Source: Oscillospiraceae bacterium (GTDB taxonomy: Bacteria; Bacillota; Clostridia; Oscillospirales; CAG-272). From it: a DNA stretch of 64,000 bases. The stretch spans positions 29,273 through 93,272 of the forward strand of contig SVSG01000005.1 of the NCBI GenBank assembly GCA_015064415.1, written 5' to 3'. Below are positions 48,729 to 57,735 of the stretch, piece by piece. The position numbers and the translations under genes are program-made. Each line of letters opens with the position of its first letter. The first letter of the stretch is position 1. A model generated the notes under the pieces. It was not told the DNA's origin. It saw only the letters and a list, made by a program, of their open reading frames with translations, and searched no databases.

Positions 48729-50573
48729 TTATTCTTCCTTCCCCTGTTTGTGAAAATGCGCGTATACGGCGCGTGCCAGCACGGGCCCGATGCCGGGGGC
48801 CGCCGCGATCTGTTCTTCGCTTGCCCGCTTGAGGGGCGCAAGGCCGCCGAAATGCGACAAAAGGCATTTTGCCTTGGCACTTCCCACGCCCGGTATTTTC
48901 TCTAGCGCGGAGGTGCGCAAGCTGCCGCGCTTGGCGTCGCTCATGCGCTTCACAGAATAGCGGTGGACCTCCTCCTGAATGCGGTAGATCACCGTGAACA
49001 GTGCGCGATCCGTGGCAATGGAAATTTCCTCGTGCTCGCTGCAAAGCGCGCGCGTTTTGTGAAAATCGTCCTTCACCATGCCAAAGACGGGAATGGAAAG
49101 CTCCATCTCCTCCAGCAATCGGCGTATCACACCCACGTGCGCGGCACCGCCGTCCAAAAGGATCAGATCGGGCATCTTGGCAAAGCTGCCCTCTGCATCC
49201 TGTAAATGTGCAAGACGGCGTGAAAGCGCCTCGCGCATGCTGGCGTAATCATCCGTGCCCTCAATGTCGCGGATGCGGAAGGTGCGATATTCGGAGCGGG
49301 CAAACTTGCCGTCCTCCCACACGATCATGCCACAGGTCTTGTATTCGTTGCCAAAGTTGGAAATATCGTAGCTTTCGATGCGGTTGGGCACCACTTCCAG
49401 CGCAAGCAGGGAGGCAAGGCGGATCATCGCGTCGTCGTTTTTTTCCGTTTCGCGTCTTGTGGCGGCCAGCTTTTCTGCGGCGTTCTGCACCGCAAGCTCG
49501 CACAGCTTTTTCCGCTCTCCGCGCTGGGGAGGATAGACCTGCACCTTTCTTCCCGCGGCCTCGGAGAGCAAAGCCGCAAGCGGCTCCACGTCCTCGTCCT
49601 GCGCCTCAAAAGAAAGCAGAACGCGCGGGGGGATATCAGGGCGGGTGCGGTAATGATCAAATACGAAGGAGATCAGCGCCTCACTGTCCGTGATCTGATC
49701 GTTACCGAACACCACCTCGTATTTGTCCAGAAGGGCACCGCCGCGCACGTAAAACACGACCATGGCAGCACCGTAATCGTCGCGGTAAAAGCCGAAAATA
49801 TCCTCTGCGGTATCGGGGGATGCCACCACCTTCTGCTTTTGCGAAAGCTTCTGCAAGGCAAAAAGGCGATCGCGGTAAATGGCCGCCGCCTCAAAGCGCT
49901 CTTCCATGGCGGCGTGTTCCATCTTCTCGCGCACGGCGGCCTCGGCCGCGGCGCTGTTTCCGCGCAGGATCTCCGTCGCGCATTGGATCAACTCGGCATA
50001 CTCCTCTTCGCTCACCTTGCCGGTGCAGGGCGCACAGCATTGCCCCAACTGATGGTACAGGCACGGACGCTCTTTCCCGATGTCGCGCGGGAAACGGCGA
50101 TTGCAGGTGGGTAAACCCAGTGCCTTTTCCAGCGTGCGGATCACCCCGCCGGCCACAGAGGCGCCGGAATACGGGCCGAAATATCTTCCTTTATCCTTTT
50201 GACGCGTGCGCGTGAACTGCAGGCGCGGATAGGGCTCGGCCGTAATTTTGATATAAGGATAGGATTTTGCATCCTTCAATCTGATATTATATTTGGGAGT
50301 GTGCTGTTTGATGAGTGTATTTTCCAGCGTCAGCGCTTCCATTTCGGTGTCGCAAAGGAAATACTCGAAATCCGCGACCTGTGAAACCATGCGCTCGGTC
50401 TTATAGCCCTTGTGGCTGTTTTGAAAATACTGTGAGACGCGGTTTTTCAGCTTGCGCGATTTGCCCACGTAGATCACGCGCCCTTCGCGATTTTTCATGA
50501 TATAGACACCGGGACAAAGAGGTAGCTCGTTTGCCTTTTGCAAAAGCCGCTTGCGTTCTTCTTGTGTTTGCAT
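48729..50573 (-). CDS. uvrC: Excinuclease ABC subunit C
   Basis: PGVY...IYVGK GIY-YIG, ESYDISN, PDLILLDGG, C-terminal HhH. Confidence 0.96.
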   Translation of the reverse strand: MQTQEERKRLLQKANELPLCPGVYIMKNREGRVIYVGKSRKLKNRVSQYFQNSHKGYKTERMVSQVADFEYFLCDTEMEALTLENTLIKQHTPKYNIRLKDAKSYPYIKITAEPYPRLQFTRTRQKDKGRYFGPYSGASVAGGVIRTLEKALGLPTCNRRFPRDIGKERPCLYHQLGQCCAPCTGKVSEEEYAELIQCATEILRGNSAAAEAAVREKMEHAAMEERFEAAAIYRDRLFALQKLSQKQKVVASPDTAEDIFGFYRDDYGAAMVVFYVRGGALLDKYEVVFGNDQITDSEALISFVFDHYRTRPDIPPRVLLSFEAQDEDVEPLAALLSEAAGRKVQVYPPQRGERKKLCELAVQNAAEKLAATRRETEKNDDAMIRLASLLALEVVPNRIESYDISNFGNEYKTCGMIVWEDGKFARSEYRTFRIRDIEGTDDYASMREALSRRLAHLQDAEGSFAKMPDLILLDGGAAHVGVIRRLLEEMELSIPVFGMVKDDFHKTRALCSEHEEISIATDRALFTVIYRIQEEVHRYSVKRMSDAKRGSLRTSALEKIPGVGSAKAKCLLSHFGGLAPLKRASEEQIAAAPGIGPVLARAVYAHFHKQGKEE

Positions 50574-50638
50574 ACGCGTACCTCCCTAAAAATAGCGGGG
50601 TGTCGGTAAGGGACACCCCGCAGTTTTCAATTGTGCGA

Positions 50639-50902
50639 TTATTCGCGAAAACCGGTATTGACCAGTTCTTCCAATGCGTCGAGTGCCTCGTCCGCGTCGG
50701 ATCCTTCGGCAAGCAATTTGATGGTCATGCCCTGCGCAATGCCAAGCGAAAGAACGCCAAGCAAGCTTTTGGCATTCACCTTACGGTCCTCCTTTTCCAC
50801 CCAGATAGAAGATTTGAAGCTGTTCGCCTTCTGAATGAAAAAAGTAGCAGGACGTGCATGCAAGCCAATGGTGTTGGTAATGGTAACTTCCCTTGAAATC
50901 AT
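50639..50902 (-). CDS. ptsH: Phosphocarrier protein HPr
   Basis: GLHARPA (His15), NAKSLLGVLSL (Ser46); ATG at 50902. Confidence 0.95.
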   Translation of the reverse strand: MISREVTITNTIGLHARPATFFIQKANSFKSSIWVEKEDRKVNAKSLLGVLSLGIAQGMTIKLLAEGSDADEALDALEELVNTGFRE

Positions 50903-50951
50903 AGGTCGATTGCTCCATTTCTTTTCATTTACTAACAAAACACACAGTAAT

Positions 50952-50980
50952 AGTATAGCAAAATAGGACGAAAAAGTCAA
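50952..50980 (-). promoter_or_regulatory. sigmaA promoter for ptsH
   Basis: Minus strand TTGACT-17 bp-TATACT with extended TG. Confidence 0.7.
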
Positions 50981-51039
50981 TCGACAATTTGGTGGTATTT
51001 TATGCAAATCATGCACCAAACTTGTCTATTTTGACGATT

Positions 51040-51549
51040 TTATGCCAATTTTTTGTAACCGGTAATCGTAATGATCAGATCCACGGTCTCGGTCTGCACG
51101 CGAATCTCCTGCCCTTTGACCAGCAAAAGCTCTCCCCCTACGAAGAAGGATTGCTCACGCTCGATGCCAAGGCAGGAAAGCTCGCCGCTGACGTCCAGAA
51201 GATACTCGTACTCGTCCTGCGGATACACCGCCTCCACCGTTCCTTTTTCGGGATCGGGGTGAGGGAGATAAACGGTCGCCGCCGAGGTCGCCACCTGTTG
51301 TGTCAGCGCGCCGAGCGCCACGTGGCCATCAGCGGTATAAAACTCTACACCCTTGGTCAGAAGATCCGCCGTGGTGCTGCGCACCCGCTTCACCTCGAAG
51401 CTGATGATATAGGGCTCCATCAGTTCCTTTTTTGCAAAAAGATTTTTCAGATTGTTGCGCTGCCAGACGCCCACAATGGCGAGAATTGCCAGCAGGATCA
51501 GCACCGCATCCAGAAGGTTGAAATGACGTTCGCTTTTACTGTTCGCCAT
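51040..51549 (-). CDS. DUF4330-like membrane-anchored protein
   Basis: FNLLDAVLILL N-terminal TM, then a beta domain ending VKGQEIRVQT; ATG at 51549 after GGAGG. Confidence 0.6.
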   Translation of the reverse strand: MANSKSERHFNLLDAVLILLAILAIVGVWQRNNLKNLFAKKELMEPYIISFEVKRVRSTTADLLTKGVEFYTADGHVALGALTQQVATSAATVYLPHPDPEKGTVEAVYPQDEYEYLLDVSGELSCLGIEREQSFFVGGELLLVKGQEIRVQTETVDLIITITGYKKLA

Positions 51550-52148
51550 TACGGTTGCACCTCCTGTCTTGCGATCTGAACAAGGGAAAGGCATACGCCG
51601 TCCCCCGCAAAGGAGGGGAACAGAAGCTCGTACCGCGCGCCAACGGCGATGCGGCACTCCTCGGCCTCGTACCCGACGCCCTCCTCGTAATCCGCATTCA
51701 CGCGCACGGTGAGCGTCACCGTGTTCCATTCCTCGTTCGTCTCCTTGCGCACCACGTGCTTGCCAAGCTCCGCATCTATTTCCGGCGTGGGCAAGGAAAT
51801 ATACGCCTCATACGGACGGATCCGCACCTCGGTGACCGTACCGATCACGCTGCCCGTGGCAGCATCCTTTACGGTATCCCCTTCCTTCAGTAAGGAAACG
51901 AAGCTCTTATCCACCCCTGAAAGCTCCAGGGTATACACGATCTCGCGCTCCTCTGCCCTGTCGCCAAGCTGCAAGGGGGTAAACGCCAATATCAGAAAAA
52001 ATATCGCCGCCACGATACAGATCAGCAGCAAAAGGTCCATCATCAAAAATAGCCCTCTGCGCTTTTTTTCCATCGAGTGTACGCCGCGCGTGCGCAGGTA
52101 CAAGCCATCCTGCCCGCCCGACTTTACTCTATCCGTTTTGTTGTTCAT
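51549..52148 (-). CDS. DUF4330-like membrane-anchored protein (start 52148 or 52073)
   Basis: MDLLLLI TM, EGDTVKD..TGSVIGTVTEV, RIAVG; paralog-like to the downstream gene. Confidence 0.6.
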   Translation of the reverse strand: MNNKTDRVKSGGQDGLYLRTRGVHSMEKKRRGLFLMMDLLLLICIVAAIFFLILAFTPLQLGDRAEEREIVYTLELSGVDKSFVSLLKEGDTVKDAATGSVIGTVTEVRIRPYEAYISLPTPEIDAELGKHVVRKETNEEWNTVTLTVRVNADYEEGVGYEAEECRIAVGARYELLFPSFAGDGVCLSLVQIARQEVQP

Positions 52149-54114
52149 GGTCGACCTCCTTTCGTTTCGCCGCTTTCTTTCTGTGCTTTTCCTTCAAACG
52201 ATATTCAAACTCTGCGCACGCGTCGCTTTGCTCGATCTCTTCCTCTTCGCCACGGTTGCTTCTGCGCACGCGCGCGTCCGCGGTCACGATAGAGATTAAT
52301 ATGAAGAAAAGCAACAGTGCCACGGGATCCTGCCAGCAGGAGGTAAAAAACGAGATGGTGATCGCTCCCGTCACCATGGCGATACCGGAAACGGGTGCCA
52401 CGGCGCTCTGCTCCTTCGGGGTATGCGGCAAAAGCGAGAAGCAATTTTGCAAGAGGAAGAAAAAGAGTACCGCAGGCAGCAGCATACCAAGCACGCCGCT
52501 TTCCAGCCATTGCTCCCACCAGAAATTCAAGCTTTCACTGACAGCACTGACAGAGCCGCCGGTATACATCACGCCGATGCGCTCCGCACCGTCGGCACCG
52601 ACGCCGAAGAGCAAACGCATCACGCCGCCGTCCTCCCCGAAAAAGATCTTCATGGCCAATCCGGCGCCGGACAGCTCCACACCGTTGCGAAGGAAGGCAA
52701 AAAGTGCGGCGCGGTAGTGCGCGGGCAAAAAGAAGAGCGCGACGGGCACGGCAACAAGCCCCAGCACGAAATACGGGAAAAACGAGCGTTTGCAAAGCAA
52801 AAACAGCACCACGATCTCAAAAAGAATGGCCATCCATGCACCGGGCAACCACGTAAGCACCGTGGCCGCCAGCACAGCCATGCAGATAAAGCCCGCCGTC
52901 AAGCGGTGAGGGCTGTTTTTGGCACGGATAAACGCATGAAGCGAGAACGGGAAAACAAGCACCATGAAATAGGCAAACGTGACGTTCGACGCAAAGCCCG
53001 CGTGCACCTTTGTGCCCAGATCGATCATGTGAACGTCGCCCGTGCCCTGCACCGCGACCAGAAGTGCCACGGCAAATTGCAGCACGCCGATCAGTGCAAC
53101 CACGGCGGCAGAGAAAAGCAATCCCCAGCGGCAACGCTTCAGCCAAAGCGGTGTGGAAAGAATGTTGACCGCGGGAAAATACACCATCATCAGAAGCGCG
53201 CAAAGAAATGCCCCCAGCATAGCAGAGCCGCCCGCGGCGGAAACGCCGGACAAAAGCGTAAGCAGCAAAAGCAGCAGCACCGCGAAATCCTGAATTTCCA
53301 TGCGGAACGCCCGCGTGCCGCGCATCAGCTTAAACACGTAACCCGCAAAGGAAAGGAAAACGCCAAGCGCCAGCCACAACGCGCTGTAGGGCACGCTTTC
53401 AAGGAAAGGCGCAAACACCAGAAGCAACAGGATCCCCGCCTCGGGCGTGGTCAGCGTCAGCATCAGAAAAATGCAGACAAGAAGGGCACATAAGGGGTAC
53501 AAGGGTCCCCAAACAGCCGTCAGAACGCCAAGCAGCATACCAAGCGAAATGGCGACCGTATACATACTTTTCCCCTTTTCGGGAATGTTTTTGATCTCAT
53601 CGTCGGAAAGTCCCAGTGAGGTGTGCAGCAAAATGCCGATCAGCCGCCCCTTTGTCAGCATAAACGCCACGGAGCGGTCCGAAAACAGCAGCAAAATGCC
53701 GGGCAAGATCATGGCAAGCGCGAAAAAGAGCCGTGTGCCGTCCGGCGCGGCGTGCTGCCACACGCTGGCGATCAACCACGTGATCATGGCCGTATACACA
53801 CCCAAGGTCAGGAAAAAGGCACCGAGCGTGCGCATGCTGCAACGGCAAAGTCCGTTGATCGTGCCGTATGCGGCACGGCGCAAAAGACTTTGATCCATGG
53901 CGCAGGCCACACGTCGCCGCATCGTACGGTATCCAAGCTTTCCGCGCTTCCCGTGCATGGATCGCACAAGGGCGGTTTGATGGAAGTAGCAATCCGCTTT
54001 CTGATAGGAGGTAAACAAACGCCCCAGGGGACCTGCGCCGATCGCATGGTACACACGCCCGGTCGCGGACGCGATCGCATGCCCGACACGCGAAAAAATA
54101 TGATTTGAGCTCAC
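52129..54114 (-). CDS. O-antigen ligase/Wzy-like polytopic membrane protein
   Basis: Many TM helices; VALIGVLQ, VHAGFASNVTFAYFM, LTWLPGAW, LFGVG, NFWWEQWLESGVLG resemble Wzy_C ligase motifs. Confidence 0.65.
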   Translation of the reverse strand: MSSNHIFSRVGHAIASATGRVYHAIGAGPLGRLFTSYQKADCYFHQTALVRSMHGKRGKLGYRTMRRRVACAMDQSLLRRAAYGTINGLCRCSMRTLGAFFLTLGVYTAMITWLIASVWQHAAPDGTRLFFALAMILPGILLLFSDRSVAFMLTKGRLIGILLHTSLGLSDDEIKNIPEKGKSMYTVAISLGMLLGVLTAVWGPLYPLCALLVCIFLMLTLTTPEAGILLLLVFAPFLESVPYSALWLALGVFLSFAGYVFKLMRGTRAFRMEIQDFAVLLLLLLTLLSGVSAAGGSAMLGAFLCALLMMVYFPAVNILSTPLWLKRCRWGLLFSAAVVALIGVLQFAVALLVAVQGTGDVHMIDLGTKVHAGFASNVTFAYFMVLVFPFSLHAFIRAKNSPHRLTAGFICMAVLAATVLTWLPGAWMAILFEIVVLFLLCKRSFFPYFVLGLVAVPVALFFLPAHYRAALFAFLRNGVELSGAGLAMKIFFGEDGGVMRLLFGVGADGAERIGVMYTGGSVSAVSESLNFWWEQWLESGVLGMLLPAVLFFFLLQNCFSLLPHTPKEQSAVAPVSGIAMVTGAITISFFTSCWQDPVALLLFFILISIVTADARVRRSNRGEEEEIEQSDACAEFEYRLKEKHRKKAAKRKEVDHEQQNG

Positions 54115-54148
54115 GGTGATCCCCTCCTTTCACAAAAAACAGCAAGCA

Positions 54149-54832
54149 TCAGGACAGCAGATCCGGTCGCAGACGTGCGGTGATCTCCTTCGCCTGCTCC
54201 AGTCTCCATTTATCGATATTGGCATGATGGCCGGAAAGCAGCACCTCCGGCACAGTACGCCCGCGAAACTCCACGGGGCGCGTGTATTGCGGGTACTCCA
54301 GAAGTCCCGCACTGTGGCTTTCGTTTTCATAGCATTCCGGTGCCGCCAGTACGCCGTCGCAAAGGCGCGCCACCGCATCCACCAGAATACACGCGGGGAT
54401 CTCTCCCCCTGTCAGTACGTAATCGCCGATCGAGATCTCCTCGTCCACGATCTCCTCGATGATGCGGGTGTCCACACCCTCGTAATGGCCGCAAAGCAAT
54501 ATCAGATGATCCAGCTCGGCAAGCTCCCGGGCCTTGGCCTGATCAAGCACCTTCCCGCGCGGAGAAAGATATACCACGCGACGGCGCGGCATCTCCCCCG
54601 CCATCTCCAGAATGGCCTGATAGCAATCGTAAATGGGCGGCGCCATCATCAGCATCCCCTTGCCGCCGCCGTAAGGCGTATCGTCCACGCGGTGATGCTT
54701 GTCCTTGGAATAATCCCTTATATTGTGCGATCGCACCGTGATCGCACCGCTTTTTTGTGCGCGTCCGATCACGCTTTCCCCAAGCACGGTGTCTACAAGG
54801 CCGGGGAAAAGGGTCATGATATCAAATCTCAT
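54149..54832 (-). CDS. trmD: tRNA (guanine37-N1)-methyltransferase
   Basis: VDDTPYGGG.GM, CGHYEGVD.R, SIGDYVLTGGE, LEYPQYTRP. Confidence 0.97.
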   Translation of the reverse strand: MRFDIMTLFPGLVDTVLGESVIGRAQKSGAITVRSHNIRDYSKDKHHRVDDTPYGGGKGMLMMAPPIYDCYQAILEMAGEMPRRRVVYLSPRGKVLDQAKARELAELDHLILLCGHYEGVDTRIIEEIVDEEISIGDYVLTGGEIPACILVDAVARLCDGVLAAPECYENESHSAGLLEYPQYTRPVEFRGRTVPEVLLSGHHANIDKWRLEQAKEITARLRPDLLS

Positions 54833-55338
54833 TGCTCGAACATCCCTTCGATCGGGGAAAGGTATATCCCTTCCTCGCTCACGCGCTTCACAAACTCCTC
54901 AACCACGGGCACCATTGCTTCCCCCTTCGGCGTGGTGATGACGTAAATATCGGTATGTGCGGGGTGAATGACGTCCTTGAGGACGCCGAGCTTGTCCCCC
55001 GTGTTCACGTCGAATACGGGCAGCCCGATCATTTCCGCGATCAGCATACAGCCCTCGGGCAAGCGCAGATCCTCGCGGCGGGCATAAACCACCGTGCCGC
55101 GCAAAAGGTCGGCCGCCTCCATCGTGTCCACGCCCTCCAGCGTGGCGTACACCATGTTGCGCGAAACTGCCGTTTTTTGCAGCGAGACGCGACGGTAAGC
55201 ACCGTTATTTTTCAAGTACAGCGCAGGAAGCCCTGCAAGCACCTCGGGGGTGTCACACCAGCTTTCGATCTTCACACCGCCGTGACAGCCGTGTGTGGTG
55301 ACGATTTTTCCGCATTCGGGATAGGCGATCTTTGCCAT
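54829..55338 (-). CDS. rimM: Ribosome maturation factor RimM
   Basis: GKIVTTHG.HG, PRC barrel, I.L.PIEGM; upstream of trmD. Confidence 0.9.
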   Translation of the reverse strand: MAKIAYPECGKIVTTHGCHGGVKIESWCDTPEVLAGLPALYLKNNGAYRRVSLQKTAVSRNMVYATLEGVDTMEAADLLRGTVVYARREDLRLPEGCMLIAEMIGLPVFDVNTGDKLGVLKDVIHPAHTDIYVITTPKGEAMVPVVEEFVKRVSEEGIYLSPIEGMFEQ

Positions 55339-55368
55339 AAGCACTCCTTAAAATGTTATTCAAAGATT

Positions 55369-55397
55369 ATTATATCATACTTGCCGTTTTTTTTCAA
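55369..55397 (-). promoter_or_regulatory. sigmaA promoter for rimM-trmD
   Basis: Minus strand TTGAAA-17 bp-TATAAT with extended TG. Confidence 0.7.
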
Positions 55398-55465
55398 CAG
55401 GTTTACGGATTTTTGTGTGCAAAGCACAAGAAAGTGCGTTTTCGGAAAATTTTACATTTTTTCTA

Positions 55466-55494
55466 TTGCTTTTTATGTAAAAAGCGGGTATAAT
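55466..55494 (+). promoter_or_regulatory. sigmaA promoter for yajC
   Basis: TTGCTT-17 bp-TATAAT. Confidence 0.6.
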
Positions 55495-55538
55495 TGTTAT
55501 ATTATGTGCCGTCTGGCATTTTTTAAGGAGGATAAAAT

Positions 55539-55898
55539 ATGTTTTCCGTAACCCTTTCGACGGCCGCCAACGGTGGCGGCGGTTGGCTTTCCATCGCTCT
55601 GATGGTCGTGCTTTTCATCGGCGTTTTCTACTTCTTCGGCATCCGTCCGCAGAAAAAGCAGGAAAAAGAAGCCGCTGACATGCGCAACAGCCTGATGGTC
55701 GGCGACGAGATCACCACCATCGGCGGCATCATCGGCAAGATCGTCAGTCTCAAGGAGGAGACTATGGTCATCGAGACCACGCGCGATCACACCCGCATCC
55801 GCCTTTTGAAATCCGCCGTTCGCTCGGTTGACGTCCGCGTGGAGGAAACGCGCGCCCCCAAGGCGACCGAGGAAGAAAACAAAACCGAAAAAGACTGA
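55539..55898 (+). CDS. yajC: Preprotein translocase subunit YajC
   Basis: FYFFGIRPQKK, GDEITTIGGIIG. Confidence 0.95.
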   Translation: MFSVTLSTAANGGGGWLSIALMVVLFIGVFYFFGIRPQKKQEKEAADMRNSLMVGDEITTIGGIIGKIVSLKEETMVIETTRDHTRIRLLKSAVRSVDVRVEETRAPKATEEENKTEKD

Positions 55899-55955
55899 TA
55901 TTTCCGCTCTCCCCCGCATATGTTTTCATACAACGTATGTCGAAGGAGGAGAAAG

Positions 55956-56411
55956 ATGCTTCATTCCCGTCACAGGGCAGCGCACAAGCGCTTTGCCAAA
56001 GAAAAGGAACACCCCCAAAGCTTTTCCGCTCTGCTAAAAAGTGTGCTTTGCGCACTGCCGCTTACGGTGCTTTCGGGGGCGTTGCTTTTACTCGTCACCA
56101 CCGCCGTTTTGCTGAATACGGCCGATCCCGATCACTATCACGTGCCCGCAGGGATGCTGCTATCATATCTCACGGCCGCCATCGGCGGTATGCTGGCCAC
56201 TCTTTTTTACGGTCGCCGCTCCCCCGCTTTGTGCGGTTTTTTCGAGGGCGTATGCCTGTTTTTGTTACTTTCCGTCCCTGCGCTCTTTCTCAAAAGTGCG
56301 GACGGTAACGCCGCGCTTTCCCTTCTGTACCGCGTGCTGATCTTCCCCGCGTCGCTGGTGGGGGCATACCTCGGAAGCAGAAAAAAGACACGGCGCGGAC
56401 GCCGTTTTTAA
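55956..56411 (+). CDS. TIGR04086/DUF3792-like membrane protein
   Basis: Four TM helices, IGG...G...G pattern, basic tail; RBS AAGGAGG; follows yajC. Confidence 0.65.
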   Translation: MLHSRHRAAHKRFAKEKEHPQSFSALLKSVLCALPLTVLSGALLLLVTTAVLLNTADPDHYHVPAGMLLSYLTAAIGGMLATLFYGRRSPALCGFFEGVCLFLLLSVPALFLKSADGNAALSLLYRVLIFPASLVGAYLGSRKKTRRGRRF

Positions 56412-56449
56412 CGCGCATCACCAATTTTTAACATAAAGGAGAAGAAAAA

Positions 56450-56743
56450 ATGATCGCCACTTTGGTTTTTGTTGACGTCAAGCCCGAGAACGTGGAGGCC
56501 TTCCGCGCCATCACGGTCTACAATCACGATAACACCCGCAAGGAGCCCGGCAACGTCCGTTTCGACGTGCTGCAAAGCAACGATGACCCCACCAAGTTCA
56601 CCCTGATCGAGGTTTTTGAGAGTGAGGATGCCGCAAAGTTCCACAAAACCACCGCACACTATCTCCGTTGGAGAGACGAGGTGGCACCCTACATGGCTTC
56701 CCCCAGAAAAGCCATCCACAATACCCCCGTTGCCTTCGATTAA
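56450..56743 (+). CDS. Antibiotic-biosynthesis-monooxygenase-fold protein (LsrG-like)
   Basis: TRKEPGNVRFDVLQ, H.TTAHYLRWRDEV..YMA.PR. Confidence 0.85.
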   Translation: MIATLVFVDVKPENVEAFRAITVYNHDNTRKEPGNVRFDVLQSNDDPTKFTLIEVFESEDAAKFHKTTAHYLRWRDEVAPYMASPRKAIHNTPVAFD

Positions 56744-56755
56744 TGCCACAACGGT

Positions 56756-56788
56756 ATAAAAAAACCGCCTCTCGGCGGTTTTTTTATT
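56756..56788. terminator. Bidirectional terminator
   Basis: ATAAAAAAACCGCC-tctc-GGCGGTTTTTTTAT. Confidence 0.85.
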
Positions 56789-56807
56789 TCCTTTTATCAG
56801 CGTGCGC

Positions 56808-57629
56808 TCAAAGCTTTTTGTAAACGGAAAACTCCACGTCAACGTCCACGTCAAGGCGCTCCCTTTGCGAAAGACGCTGTATGCCCTCCTTTGAGGTGCG
56901 ATAAAAATACGGCGTCATGGCAAACAGGTGCTGCAAGGTGTCGTGGTCCGCCGAAAAGGTATACCGTACACGACTTTCCATGACGTTTTCCATCTTTTGC
57001 GGCGCGTCCGCGCGCGGCGCGTTGCGATACGGCACGTCATACAGCACACGCTTGAGCGAGAAAAGATGCTCGGGGCCTGCCCCTGCGAGAAGCAAAATGC
57101 CACCCGGCTTCAAAACGCGCAAAAACTCCTCTTCTGCGACCGGCGCAAACAAGCTGACCACCGCATCAAGGGAGGCGTCTGCCACGGGCAGATCAAAAAT
57201 GCCCGCAACGGCAAAAAACGCGTCTGCGCCCTCACGTATGCCGCTTTTTGCCGCATGCGTGATGCCTCTTTTGGACAGATCCACGCCAAACACCTTCATC
57301 CCCTCACGGGACATTTTCAACGAGTAATACCCCTCGCCGCATCCGGCGTCCAGCACCGTTCCCTGTGGAATGTGAGTCTGCAAAATGCGGCAAAGCTCGC
57401 GCGCCACCTCACCGTAATGCTCCCCGTTCAAAAACGCGGTACGCGCGGTGATCAGCGCGGCATCGTCACCGCCACCCGAGGCCTTGGAGGGAGCCAGATT
57501 CACATACCCTGCCTTGGAAAAATCATAGCAGTGTCGCCTTGCGCCAAGGCAAAAAAGCCCGTTCCCTTCGCGCATCATTTTCGCCCCGCACACGGGGCAC
57601 TTCAAAATCTCTTCCCACCAGCTTGCCAT
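56808..57629 (-). CDS. rlmA: RlmA-type 23S rRNA m1G methyltransferase
   Basis: CPVC...C...H.YD....GYVNL zinc finger, LDAGCGEGYY, HLFSLK, MTPYFY. Confidence 0.8.
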   Translation of the reverse strand: MASWWEEILKCPVCGAKMMREGNGLFCLGARRHCYDFSKAGYVNLAPSKASGGGDDAALITARTAFLNGEHYGEVARELCRILQTHIPQGTVLDAGCGEGYYSLKMSREGMKVFGVDLSKRGITHAAKSGIREGADAFFAVAGIFDLPVADASLDAVVSLFAPVAEEEFLRVLKPGGILLLAGAGPEHLFSLKRVLYDVPYRNAPRADAPQKMENVMESRVRYTFSADHDTLQHLFAMTPYFYRTSKEGIQRLSQRERLDVDVDVEFSVYKKL

Positions 57630-57695
57630 AGCACGTTCTCCTTTTGATAATGGCTTTATTTTATCACATTTCCCCACCGTTTGCAAGTACCTCTG

Positions 57696-57735
57696 AAAAA
57701 AGCCCGCCTTCTTTGCCGAAAGCGGGCTTTTTTTA
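57696..57735 (-). terminator. Terminator after the sensor kinase gene
   Basis: AAAAAAGCCCGC...GCGGGCTTTTTT inverted repeat at the kinase stop. Confidence 0.7.
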
